This document shows positions 38,101-46,653 of a DNA stretch of 46,653 bases, piece by piece. Source of the DNA: an uncultured Candidatus Peribacteria bacterium (GTDB lineage: Bacteria; Patescibacteriota; Gracilibacteria; UBA1369; LOWO2-01-FULL-3); contig CAYVBX010000002.1 of assembly GCA_964449945.1 (NCBI GenBank), positions 10,203 to 56,855 of the forward strand, given 5' to 3'. Within the stretch, counting starts at the first letter, position 1. The number at the start of each line of letters is the position of its first letter. Below the pieces are notes generated by a model, which was given only the letters and a program-made list of their open reading frames with translations, was not told the origin of the DNA and made no database searches. The translations under genes were made by a program, and so were the position numbers.

Positions 38101-38220
38101 TTCTTTTGGCAAAGTAATTGCCGAAAATGAACCAAAAAGTATTATTGAAATTGTAATTATTAGGGCAATTGGCCTTTTGTTTATCAAAAAAAACCAAAAT
38201 GAGTTTTCATTTTCTATCAT
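35125..38220 (-). CDS. RND (AcrB/AcrD/AcrF family) transporter permease
   Basis: 1031 aa; PGATP..IE, NSLSLFSLVIALGIMVDTAVV, GIIGEF, GIVVNNAIVLLD, RVRPIILTT. Confidence 0.95.
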   Translation of the reverse strand: MIENENSFWFFLINKRPIALIITISIILFGSFSAITLPKELQPEINIPFATIQTALPGATPLDIESLISIPLEKEISNLSNIKTLSSRSAFGFSIIFIEFENNTDINQAVLDLKDSIDKIKNTLPEDATSPIVNKADANSISIISFSITGDRPLSEITDIAEIMQNELKSISGISDVDILGAEKKSIYINIDKEKSKNLNIDLSQVSNIIKSSNINFPIGVIQTDNTNYSVRLDNQIRSIQEIENLSIKQIDNTIIKIKDIAEIEESFPEKNSLSMFSTKNIKSKEAITLVVYKKTGGNIIKIAEDSLKKLNELKDKNIVPKDIQISISNDNSKFIKKDLGVLIQNGLLTALIITLILFLALGFREGLLAGLSIPLSFLITFSVMKSMNLSINSLSLFSLVIALGIMVDTAVVIMDGIHKRIEDGKDTLNACKDSVNTYKWALIAGTSTTIFAFFPMLLVSGIIGEFLKTLPIVISTALLSSLFVSLTLIPSISTKYLKKRKKVNLLKPLFEIFSKYFEKIVSKNLISKKRRIITIISSLILFVLSMSLPISGAIQMELFPKTDVQYFYINIETPKGTTIEESKKVAEKIEEYLYTIKEIENFLTIVGQSSSSLSIGSNGPSQDSNLANITINLVDEKYRNKKSFEIAEEIRQKYKNFRQAKITVQEISEGPPGDSAINLKVRGEDYKIMGEITDHIKDLLSKIPETQNIIDNREEGLNEFVFTLDREKIALYGLNPLQISLIIRNAVLGITSEEIKINGEDYRIFIKYKHKLNENNKTTINLNDLNNLVIQSPYGYLLQINEFTNYSLQSSISSINRENQKREIKISSDVSPKGNAVQISKELEEKLKDYPLPSSYEISFGGDLEQINESFEQLYFSMLIGIILIAFTLVLEFNSFRQAFIVLLSLPLGIIGVFPGLFFLGLNFSFPAFLGIVALSGIVVNNAIVLLDSINQNTKEKGLSITNSISDTVSTRVRPIILTTITTIVGILPLAISDPFWAGLGFTLVFGLLASSITTLIVVPTIFFMFQGKH

Positions 38221-39635
38221 TTTTTATTTATTACAATTTTGTGACCAGCGTCAATAAATGATTGACCTTTTATTAGAACTTTTTCATCTCCTTTGAGTCC
38301 TTTTTTGATTTCAATTAAATTTCCGAAAATTTCTCCACTTTCAATTTCAATTAGTTCTATAAAATTATTTGTATTTATTGTTTTAACTAATTTTTTTTCA
38401 TCTTTTATAAAAATTGAGCTAATTGGAATGTAAATGTTTTCTCTTTTGCTGGAGTAAAACTCGACCTTTACCAAGATTCCACTTTGAATTTCTTCGTTTT
38501 TATTTAAAGAAATTTCTATTTCTGTTTTTTTAGTGTTTTGGTTTGGTGTTGGAGATATTTTTGTTATTTGTCCTTTTAGAGTTTTATCGTTATAAAAAAC
38601 ATCTACTGTATCGTGTAATTTGATTTGTTTTATCTCGCTATCGTTAAGACTTGCTGATAACATTATTTCGTTTGGATCTTCAATTTTAACGAGGCTTTGT
38701 CCTGATGCGATGAAATTATTTTCTTTTGCGTATATTTCTGTGATTATTCCTTTGATTGGGCTCCTTATCTTTAAATATTTTTGATTTATTTCTAGTAAAT
38801 CCTTGTTTGACTTTAATTGTAATTCTTGTGAATCTAGTGCAATTTTTTGTCCTTCTATCGATAAAACTGCATTTTGGTATTGCTTTTCTGATAACTGATA
38901 CTGATTTTGAGCTATTTCTATTGCATATTTTAACTGATTTTCCTGTGCTTTCTGGCTTTCTTCAACTTGTTCAAGTGTATATTTGCTTTGTTTGTAGGCA
39001 AAGTAAAGGCTATCCACTTGATTTTCCAGTTCTGATAATTTTGATTTGTCATTATTTGAATTTTTATAGTTTTCTAAGGCTTCGTCTGCATCATAATAAG
39101 CGTTTTTTGCCTTTTTATTTGCATCTTTTGTGCTTTTTAACTGTATTTCATTTATGTTTTGAGTGCTTTTTAACTGATTTTTTGCGTTTGTATATGTTTC
39201 GTATGCTATATCTTTTGCAATTTTTGCGCTTTCTATTGAAACATTTGAAATTTTTTCTAAATTGTTTTTGCTTTTTTCATTTTGAGTTAATGCTTCGTTT
39301 GATGAATTAATTTGGCTATTATTTATGTCTGTAGATAATGAATTGCCAATTATAGCTAGAACTTCGTTGACTTTTATATTTTGTCCTAAACTAGCGTTTA
39401 GATTTGTGATAATTCCACTTGATTGACTTATTATGATAGCCTGATTTTTTGCTTCTGACTTTGCATAAATTTCAAAACTTGGTGTTTTTTTTGTGATTGA
39501 TAAGTCGAGAATTTCTTCAACTGTAAGTTCACTTTTTATAAATCTTTCAACTTTTACGCTTTCTGTGCTTGGTTTTTCGCCACAAGCACTTAAAATTAGT
39601 GTTATGGCAATTAGTTTTATTAGTATTTTTTTCAT
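38217..39635 (-). CDS. RND membrane-fusion/adaptor lipoprotein with long coiled coil
   Basis: Lipobox LSAC after MKKILIKLIAITLI; lipoyl halves SGII.NL...GQ.IK and IRSPIKGII; long Q/E/K-rich hairpin; ATGA overlap with the permease gene. Confidence 0.9.
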   Translation of the reverse strand: MKKILIKLIAITLILSACGEKPSTESVKVERFIKSELTVEEILDLSITKKTPSFEIYAKSEAKNQAIIISQSSGIITNLNASLGQNIKVNEVLAIIGNSLSTDINNSQINSSNEALTQNEKSKNNLEKISNVSIESAKIAKDIAYETYTNAKNQLKSTQNINEIQLKSTKDANKKAKNAYYDADEALENYKNSNNDKSKLSELENQVDSLYFAYKQSKYTLEQVEESQKAQENQLKYAIEIAQNQYQLSEKQYQNAVLSIEGQKIALDSQELQLKSNKDLLEINQKYLKIRSPIKGIITEIYAKENNFIASGQSLVKIEDPNEIMLSASLNDSEIKQIKLHDTVDVFYNDKTLKGQITKISPTPNQNTKKTEIEISLNKNEEIQSGILVKVEFYSSKRENIYIPISSIFIKDEKKLVKTINTNNFIELIEIESGEIFGNLIEIKKGLKGDEKVLIKGQSFIDAGHKIVINKK

Positions 39636-39657
39636 AATTTTTATTATCAAGTTTTAA

Positions 39658-39685
39658 ATAATACATCTTTTTTGCATTGTGTCAA
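39658..39685 (-). promoter_or_regulatory. Putative sigma70 promoter of the RND operon
   Basis: Minus strand TTGACA-16 bp-TATTAT, about 22 nt upstream of ATG 39635. Confidence 0.5.
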
Positions 39686-39893
39686 TTCGTAGTTTTAAAC
39701 TTTATTTTTTCGATTAACGGCTTAAGGATCTACATTTTTGTATCATGATAGTTGTGTCTACTTTGTAAGATGTTCAAATTTTGCCTTAATTATGCTAAAA
39801 TATTTAGATTTTAGCTTAATAAAAACAAAAAAATTGTTTAAGAAATGTTGGAAAATTAGAGAAGATTTTTTTTATAGAAGTGGAATTTTCTAC

Positions 39894-42800
39894 ATGGAAC
39901 AAAAACACTATGCTTTAAGTGAGAAAGCTGGTAGTCGAGAGAAACCTCTAGAGGTTTTAAAAAAAGATGCTTTTGAAAAATTGCTTCATGAGACAACGGA
40001 TCTAACTCAAAATTTAAGCAAATTGTTGGGTCTTGCTTTTTCAAATAATGAAACTGAAAGAACTTTATCGAAAGATTTTTCAAATAAGTTTTTAGAATTA
40101 AATGCAGTTTTGCTTAGTCCTAATTTTAAAAAAATTAATAATGATATTACCTTATCTACTGCAAATAATAATTTAAATATAGTTTCAGTTTTACTTGTAG
40201 AATTGCTAAATAATACTGAGAAGTTTGGTAAGAATATTTCCAGACTTAAAATTTTAATGAATTTAAAGAAAATCAATAATGAAACAGAAGATGTTTTAAA
40301 TAGAATGAGAGTTTTTGATGATTCATTGACTATAATTGAAGATAATTACGGACAATCTTTGGACATTGATAAAACACAATTGTTGAATAAATTCCTTGCG
40401 AATAATGATTTAGATTCAGCAAAAAAATCTTTAGAATTATTTAATAACTTGTCCTTTTTTGATACTTTAGAACCTGATGATAAGAACTTTTTTTTAAACG
40501 AAGATAAAAACTCAAAATATTTACTTGAAATGATGTTTTCATCCTTTGTTTCTGGTGATTTTGAAGCACAAGAACATTATTTATCCAATCTAAAAAATCA
40601 TATATTTTTTTATAATTTTATTAGTTCAGAAAGTGATTATTCTTCTGAAAATAGTAATGAAATTAAGACTTTAATTCAAAAGCATAATTTAAATGAAGAG
40701 GATTTAAGGTTTTTTTATAAGCTTTCTCTATACTTTTTTAGTTATGAAGAAGGGTATACTTTGGTGAATAAAATTGAGGTTAAATTTTTAGATTTATTAA
40801 AAATTCTTGATCTCGAAAAAGATGAGCAAATTCATGAAATTTCTTCAAACCTTTTTGAAAAAAATATTAGTTGTTTATCAAAATTTTTTAAATTTGATTT
40901 GAGTGCTTTGAACTTACAAGCCTTTCATTTGGATTTGCCAGTTGAATCGATTTATTTATCTAATGATTATTTAGATGTTTTTAATTTGAATAATTATTCA
41001 ATAAAAAAATTTGATGAAATTTTGCAAAACTTTGAACAAGAGCTTGAATCAAATTCGGTTTTTAAAAATTATTTATTGAATAATGATTATCTTGAAAATA
41101 CTATTATTGATTCATTGATTTTATCTTCTAAATCAGGAGATTTTACTGTGATAAATTCTGTCTTAAGTAGTTTAATTGATTTTTCTAATGATTTTTCAGT
41201 TTCTTATGAAAATATGAAAAATGATTTTCCAAACTTAGATGAAAAAAGTTTTTCTATCTTAATTATTTATTTTGAGGAAAATTTAAATGTTTCTTTTGAT
41301 GATTTTCTTCATCTTTATGAAATTGCATATAGTAAAAATTCTTCATTGTTTGATATTTCAATGAGTTCTGAAGAGGTTGTTGTTTTTTTAAAGCGAATTT
41401 TGATTAAGGATGAAATTGAAAATTTTGATTTGAATGAAAGTTTAGCATTATTAAATCAATTTTATTCCGAAAAAGAACACTCGCTTAGAAACTCATTAAA
41501 TGCAAAAAAAGAGAAAATTGATCAGCTTATCTCAATTCGAACTGAATTGATGAAAGATACAAATAAGAATAAAGAAGCTTTACGAGAAAATGAAAAATCT
41601 TTACAAAAAGAAAGTTATGAATATTCAAAAATTTCATTTGAAATCAAAGAAGTCCTTCCAGTTTCTAGAAAACTTTCTGAGCTTTATATAAATAAAAATA
41701 AAAAAAGTTTTGAATTAAATAAAGGAATAGTTGAAGAAATTTTTTCATTTAATAAAAGTGAACAATTTTACACTTTTATTAACAAAAATGATTTAAATAT
41801 TTTCAATGAAGTTTTAAATCTTGAGAGAACTGAGTGGAGGTTTTTAATTAGTATGAACACAGTTGGAAGAAATTCATTTTCAATTTCTGAAGATAATGAC
41901 ACTGAATTTTTGAGACAAAGTTGGTCTCGAATTTTAGATTTAGGAAATGTGGAAAAGTCTAATATTGATGCGGTAAATAATGATATGGATTCGAAATTTA
42001 CAAGACTTGAGGAGATAGAAACACAATTTCTTGAAGAAATTAATTCTGATTTTTATAAAAATCTTTTAACAGATATTAATAAGTTTAAATCTGTACAAGA
42101 TGTTCCAATAGAAATTAGACAAGATGTGATTTTAAATTTGAAAAGATATCAAAATTTACTTAAAAGCTCTTTTTCAGCAAATAAAGAAGCTTTATCTTTA
42201 GTTTTTTCGAAGGAGCTTTTGTTTAGAGGAAATATTCAAGATGAAATTTTGGAAAATAATACTGTTTTGATTGATAAGTTTAGTAAAAGAATGGATTTTT
42301 TGACTGAAGAAATATTGTTTCTAGATGGTTTTTTACTGGAAAAAGATAGTTATTATGAAATAGATGAGAGTCCTTTAGAGGGAATAAATGAAGAAATGGT
42401 GTCTAAAATTTTTACAAAGCAAATTGAGCAAGTAAGTTTTCATTCAAATTATATTACTAGTTTACAAAAGACTATCTCTAAAAAATTTAATGAAATATCT
42501 CCTTTTCAAGATGATCTTAAAGAGCTTGTACGAAGAAATTATCCTGAATGTGTTGTTTCTCCGATGAGAAATATGGCTGATTCAATGGAAAGATTTAGAA
42601 TGAATATTTTGGAACAAAAGCAATATTTTGAAAATTTATTAAATGATGAAAATAATATTGCTGAAAAACTTGGTCTAAGGCCTGAGTTTAATGAAGTAAT
42701 TAGAAAACAAATTGTTACAATTATTAAAAATATTGATGTTTATTTAACTCATCCTGAATCTCCTGCAAATCTTGAAAAAATCAAGGATCTACGAGATGGA

Positions 42801-45800
42801 GCTAAAAATATTGAAACTGAATTTCAAAAACAAATTGATCAAAAAGTGCAAACAGGTATTGAATACACTTTGATAGTTGTTTCTGTTGTTGGAGGTATTG
42901 GTGCGGCTGGACTTGCTACAAAGCTTTTTAGCACAACAAGGCTTGCATATTCATCAAGTTTGCTTGCGAAAGGGGTTGTTTTTGCTGGTACAACTGCTTC
43001 AATGTCTGCTGGTGGTGTTCTTGCTCAAAACCTAGGACTTTCTGCATTTAATGCGGTTGGAATAGTAAATATGGATTATGAAGAAATATGGGATCCGAAA
43101 GCAATGGGAGAAAATTTTTTATTTGGTTGGGGCGTTTCTTCTGGCTTAATTTTAGGTGGAACAGTTCTTGGAAAAGTTGCTTCAAAATATGTTAAACCTG
43201 CAAAATTAATTTCTACACTCGATGATGTGGAAGTCTCGCAAGCAATGAGGCATATAAGGTCGCAAAGCGGTTTAATTACTGGTGAGACTGGTAAAAATAC
43301 GAAGCTTAGAGAAACCTTTGCTGAAACTATGGAAGAATTTGCTGAAGAAATAGTTTCATCTGCTGTTCAAAATTTGAGTACAATAAATGGTCTTGAAAAT
43401 ATTAGTTATATAATTCCACTTCTGACATCTACAAATATTAAAAGAAGAGGGGCTTTAAAATTTGATTCAAAAACACAGAAATTACATTATTCCGCAAAAA
43501 AGGCTGGTGATTTTGTTAGTATTGTGGAAAATTCTGGTCTTTCTGGATTTACTGTTGAAAAAGTTAATAATGAAACTGGTGTTGTTACTGTACAAATAAC
43601 AGAAAATAATGAAAGCCATTTACTCGATGTTTATCCTGAAAATTTTAGAGGAAATTTGAATAAAACAGAGACAGGTTTGGCTATAAATTCAGAAATTGAT
43701 GTTCAAGAAGAAACAAGTATAGGTGAAGGGGGAACCGAAACTGATATTGGAGCTGAAATTGAAGGAGAGCAGATTAGCGAGCTGGAGGGTGAAATTGACT
43801 TTAATGGTCTTGTTCAAAATCTTGAAAATAATGATAGAGATTTGCGTGGTGAAATAATAAGTGAGTCAAAAACCGAGATTGAAGCAGATAATGAACAAGC
43901 TGAGATTAGTTTGCCAGACAAAGCAGAAGATTCTTGGTCTAAGTTTGCAAAGTCTTTAAATGAAGAACAAAGAAAAGTGCAGGCGGAGGCTGAGTTGACT
44001 CAAGATTATTTGTCGAAATTTAGGAGCTTTTTAACCAAAGAACAAGATAAAGTTCAGACTGAGGCTGAATTGAGACAAGAGCTTTCTGAATTGCTTTCAG
44101 AAAGTGAAAGAGTTTTTGTTAGAGATAAACTTCGTCAAAAAACTTTTGAATCATTAAAAACAAAAATTAACGAAACAGGCTCCGTTTTAGCCATTGATGC
44201 TTTTAGAAATTCCGAGTTTGTTTATGCTAGGAATTTTACAAAAATGCAGTTGATGGCAAATTTTGTTTTGGATTCTTATAATAACGGTGATTTAAGAACT
44301 CTTGAGTTACTTGTGAAATTTCCAGCTTTGTTTGAGGCTGATATTAATTTTTTAAACGAAATATCCCATTATTTAGAAAATAAAGATATGACTTTTTTGG
44401 CATTTTCTGATGTTCTTGAAAAATCGGTAAACATTTCTAAAAGGATCGAAAATAATAATTTATCAACATTCAAGGCTGTATTTGATAATTTATCAAATCT
44501 TTATCAAATTAAAGGAATAAATGCAGTTAATGATATGTATTTACATTTTGATTATTTGGTTTCTAATAATCAAAACTTAGAAGAAATTATTGATTTCTAT
44601 TTAGAAAAAGGGAAGAATTCTTTGGATTTAATGATTTTTACTAGTAAAAATTTTGATATTTCTTTTTCAAAATTAAAAGAATCAAAAGAATATTTCGCAG
44701 TTTTAGAGAAAGCTGTAAGTCAATCAAATGAAAGTGTCTTTTTATATTGTTTGGAGTTTAAAAACTTAATTTCGAATGATTTTACTAATTTAAGTAATGT
44801 TTTTGATAATCTTTTAAATATTTCAAAAAATAGTGAATTTGAATTAAGTCTTTTTGTTTTACAAAATAAATTAATTTCGACTCTTGATGATTTTTCTCAA
44901 AATGTAGAAATCTTTCTAGATAATCATTTTTCAATTATTTTAAATGAACAAGGATTTGAATATGAAAAATTAAAAGCAGGATTTGTTTATTCTATGAGTC
45001 TTACGGGGCAAAATTACTTTCAAATTGGTAATGAGCTTTATCAAGTTTTAATGGTAGATAAGTCTCTTCACATTATTCCTGTTAAAAACTCTTTTGTTTT
45101 TAATCAATCTTTTCAACTTTCAGAAGATGGACAAAAGACTATTGCTGTAAAAAATTTGGGAACAAATATGGATATTTCTAGAAATGATATCTTCAACAGA
45201 GATAATAATTTGTCTGCTGTAGCTTCAGAAGTCACTTTGTCTAGCAGGGAACTTGGACATTTTGATGTGGAAGTTTTGAAAGAAGATAATAAAGTGGAGC
45301 TTAAATATACTCCTTCAGGAACGAGTGAAGTTCATAACACAACACTTTTAGTTGGAGAAAAACAATATGTTTCACTTGGCCTTGGCGAGCTCTATTTAGT
45401 TTCTTATGATGGTCGCAGTGTTAGTTTTGATAGTGTTGTTAGTGAACATATTCCGAATATAACTTCTAATTTTTCTGGAATGGATTTTCCTTTTACTATC
45501 GAAAATAATGAATTTAGATTTGAACTTTCTAAGAAGAATGGAGGAGAGATCTTGTTTGAAGCAAGAGCAGGAAGCGATTTGAATTTTGCATTAGTTACAG
45601 ATGAAAAACATAAAAAATTTAATTCTCCAATTCCTTCGAGTGATGTTTTGAGGGCTGATAATTCATTTTTTAATTTTGAAGAAGAAAAATATTCTGGAGA
45701 TTTTTTAACACCAAATACTCCTCAAAATTTTGAAATTGAAGATGGTGAAACTTTGTTTTTGACACTTGGAGATTGGAATACTGATAAAGTATATTATTTA

Positions 45801-46653
45801 AAAAGGGAGGGTGATGAAATAAAATTGCTCAGAGACTTTAGGGGTAAAAAAACTGAAATGGTTTCAGTTAAAAAAAATGAAAGCATAAATTTGTCAGATT
45901 TTTTAACTGAAGAAAAGTTTGAGGATGCTTCGTTAATTATAAATGGAAAAGGTAGTTCTTTTGATTTAATTTTTAAAACTGATTTCGAGATTAAGCCTAA
46001 TACAAAGACTATTCGAGAATCACTAATTACGGATTATTACTGGAAGTCTATAAGAGTTTTTTCTTCGTTAAGTTCAGTTGGTGTAATTAAATTAGCAAAT
46101 TTGCAACTTGAAAGTTTTTTAGGACCTCGTATTTTAGATAAATCTTCTCATAATGAGCCTTTATTTAATAATAAAGCAAATATTATTTCTTTAAGAAATA
46201 ATTCTCAGATTTATCTTTCTTTGACTGATTTTGAAGTGTTAGATAATTTAAAAATTTATCTTGAACAGGATCAATTGATTATAACCTCCTTGAAAACAAA
46301 TAGAAAAATATTCTTAAATAAGGAAAATACTGAATATGTATATGAATTTGATAATGGAGATAAAATAGTAATTAATTATTTGTATGGAAAATCAGCCATC
46401 AGTGTTTTTACTGATAGGCAAGGAGAAGATCCTTTGAGGGCGGGTATAGATTTGCTTGCATTAAAAAATTTGAAAGAAAAACGAATTAGTCATAATGCAG
46501 AAATATCTTCTATACTTGAAATTTTGTCTGAAATTCAAGAGGATAAAAAAAGTGTTTTAACTGATTTAGATTCCACAAATGCAGGCGTAGTTCAAAACTC
46601 AGTGTCAATAGCTTCTAGTGAAGCAGATATTACAAAAGTAGGTGGAGTTCAAA
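39894..46653 (+). CDS. Giant hypothetical protein (>2250 aa, 3'-truncated), absent from the ORF track
   Basis: Translated by hand: no stop codon from ATG 39894 (MEQKHYALSEKAGSREKPLE...; alternative in-frame ATG 39792) to the window end (...ASSEADITKVGGVQ). Confidence 0.92.
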   Translation, partial: MEQKHYALSEKAGSREKPLEVLKKDAFEKLLHETTDLTQNLSKLLGLAFSNNETERTLSKDFSNKFLELNAVLLSPNFKKINNDITLSTANNNLNIVSVLLVELLNNTEKFGKNISRLKILMNLKKINNETEDVLNRMRVFDDSLTIIEDNYGQSLDIDKTQLLNKFLANNDLDSAKKSLELFNNLSFFDTLEPDDKNFFLNEDKNSKYLLEMMFSSFVSGDFEAQEHYLSNLKNHIFFYNFISSESDYSSENSNEIKTLIQKHNLNEEDLRFFYKLSLYFFSYEEGYTLVNKIEVKFLDLLKILDLEKDEQIHEISSNLFEKNISCLSKFFKFDLSALNLQAFHLDLPVESIYLSNDYLDVFNLNNYSIKKFDEILQNFEQELESNSVFKNYLLNNDYLENTIIDSLILSSKSGDFTVINSVLSSLIDFSNDFSVSYENMKNDFPNLDEKSFSILIIYFEENLNVSFDDFLHLYEIAYSKNSSLFDISMSSEEVVVFLKRILIKDEIENFDLNESLALLNQFYSEKEHSLRNSLNAKKEKIDQLISIRTELMKDTNKNKEALRENEKSLQKESYEYSKISFEIKEVLPVSRKLSELYINKNKKSFELNKGIVEEIFSFNKSEQFYTFINKNDLNIFNEVLNLERTEWRFLISMNTVGRNSFSISEDNDTEFLRQSWSRILDLGNVEKSNIDAVNNDMDSKFTRLEEIETQFLEEINSDFYKNLLTDINKFKSVQDVPIEIRQDVILNLKRYQNLLKSSFSANKEALSLVFSKELLFRGNIQDEILENNTVLIDKFSKRMDFLTEEILFLDGFLLEKDSYYEIDESPLEGINEEMVSKIFTKQIEQVSFHSNYITSLQKTISKKFNEISPFQDDLKELVRRNYPECVVSPMRNMADSMERFRMNILEQKQYFENLLNDENNIAEKLGLRPEFNEVIRKQIVTIIKNIDVYLTHPESPANLEKIKDLRDGAKNIETEFQKQIDQKVQTGIEYTLIVVSVVGGIGAAGLATKLFSTTRLAYSSSLLAKGVVFAGTTASMSAGGVLAQNLGLSAFNAVGIVNMDYEEIWDPKAMGENFLFGWGVSSGLILGGTVLGKVASKYVKPAKLISTLDDVEVSQAMRHIRSQSGLITGETGKNTKLRETFAETMEEFAEEIVSSAVQNLSTINGLENISYIIPLLTSTNIKRRGALKFDSKTQKLHYSAKKAGDFVSIVENSGLSGFTVEKVNNETGVVTVQITENNESHLLDVYPENFRGNLNKTETGLAINSEIDVQEETSIGEGGTETDIGAEIEGEQISELEGEIDFNGLVQNLENNDRDLRGEIISESKTEIEADNEQAEISLPDKAEDSWSKFAKSLNEEQRKVQAEAELTQDYLSKFRSFLTKEQDKVQTEAELRQELSELLSESERVFVRDKLRQKTFESLKTKINETGSVLAIDAFRNSEFVYARNFTKMQLMANFVLDSYNNGDLRTLELLVKFPALFEADINFLNEISHYLENKDMTFLAFSDVLEKSVNISKRIENNNLSTFKAVFDNLSNLYQIKGINAVNDMYLHFDYLVSNNQNLEEIIDFYLEKGKNSLDLMIFTSKNFDISFSKLKESKEYFAVLEKAVSQSNESVFLYCLEFKNLISNDFTNLSNVFDNLLNISKNSEFELSLFVLQNKLISTLDDFSQNVEIFLDNHFSIILNEQGFEYEKLKAGFVYSMSLTGQNYFQIGNELYQVLMVDKSLHIIPVKNSFVFNQSFQLSEDGQKTIAVKNLGTNMDISRNDIFNRDNNLSAVASEVTLSSRELGHFDVEVLKEDNKVELKYTPSGTSEVHNTTLLVGEKQYVSLGLGELYLVSYDGRSVSFDSVVSEHIPNITSNFSGMDFPFTIENNEFRFELSKKNGGEILFEARAGSDLNFALVTDEKHKKFNSPIPSSDVLRADNSFFNFEEEKYSGDFLTPNTPQNFEIEDGETLFLTLGDWNTDKVYYLKREGDEIKLLRDFRGKKTEMVSVKKNESINLSDFLTEEKFEDASLIINGKGSSFDLIFKTDFEIKPNTKTIRESLITDYYWKSIRVFSSLSSVGVIKLANLQLESFLGPRILDKSSHNEPLFNNKANIISLRNNSQIYLSLTDFEVLDNLKIYLEQDQLIITSLKTNRKIFLNKENTEYVYEFDNGDKIVINYLYGKSAISVFTDRQGEDPLRAGIDLLALKNLKEKRISHNAEISSILEILSEIQEDKKSVLTDLDSTNAGVVQNSVSIASSEADITKVGGVQ
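43932..44081 (+). repeat. 25-aa (75-bp) degenerate tandem repeat inside the giant ORF
   Basis: SWSKFAKSLNEEQRKVQAEAELTQD / YLSKFRSFLTKEQDKVQTEAELRQE. Confidence 0.75.

Noticed and set aside
39856-40276. Minus-strand ORFs 39856..40083 and 40007..40276 from the track
   Set aside because: Antisense to the stop-free >2250-codon + strand frame.
1-46653. Alternative genetic code (UGA=Gly, as in Gracilibacteria/Absconditabacteria)
   Set aside because: Long Gly-rich conserved genes (gatA, pyrG, RND permease) and the giant ORFs are uninterrupted in the standard code, and TGA ends ORFs at 1937, 19229 and 38217.
1-46653. Circular element whose two ends join into one giant gene
   Set aside because: No terminal sequence overlap is visible and the content is core chromosomal (rpoD, dnaG, pyrG, trpS); no replication, integrase or phage genes.

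Overview
AT-rich bacterial chromosomal segment in the standard genetic code. The gene set and style (TrmB-type regulator, short PriA, primase lacking its Zn ligands, RND pump with no outer-membrane channel gene, no Shine-Dalgarno motifs at the starts inspected, giant orphan proteins) suggest a Patescibacteria/CPR organism, probably Peregrinibacteria-like (inference). Housekeeping genes: gatC-gatA, holA, archaeal-type tpiA, murE-truB-wecA/tagO, dnaG-rpoD-greA, an lgt-like gene, pyrG, trpS, priA and an RND pump with its adaptor. Between them lie four large orphan ORFs. (i) A 5'-truncated protein with a 15-aa Gly/Ala/Arg repeat linker and an unassigned C-terminal domain, followed by a small ORF (toxin/immunity-like layout). 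(ii-iii) A two-gene operon encoding a ~1530-aa protein with a Gly-rich amphipathic beta-hairpin block and a 1759-aa exported protein built from Cys-bracketed modules. (iv) A >2250-aa ORF missing from the supplied track (39894 to window end) with a translocator-like hydrophobic core. These, with a signal-less peptidoglycan-binding protein and a three-gene cluster (tandem PilC-N-domain protein, degenerate Lgt, small membrane protein), are the best candidates for an undescribed host-attachment/effector system. No rRNA, tRNA, CRISPR array or mobile element was seen. All family calls come from motif recognition by eye; no database searches were run.
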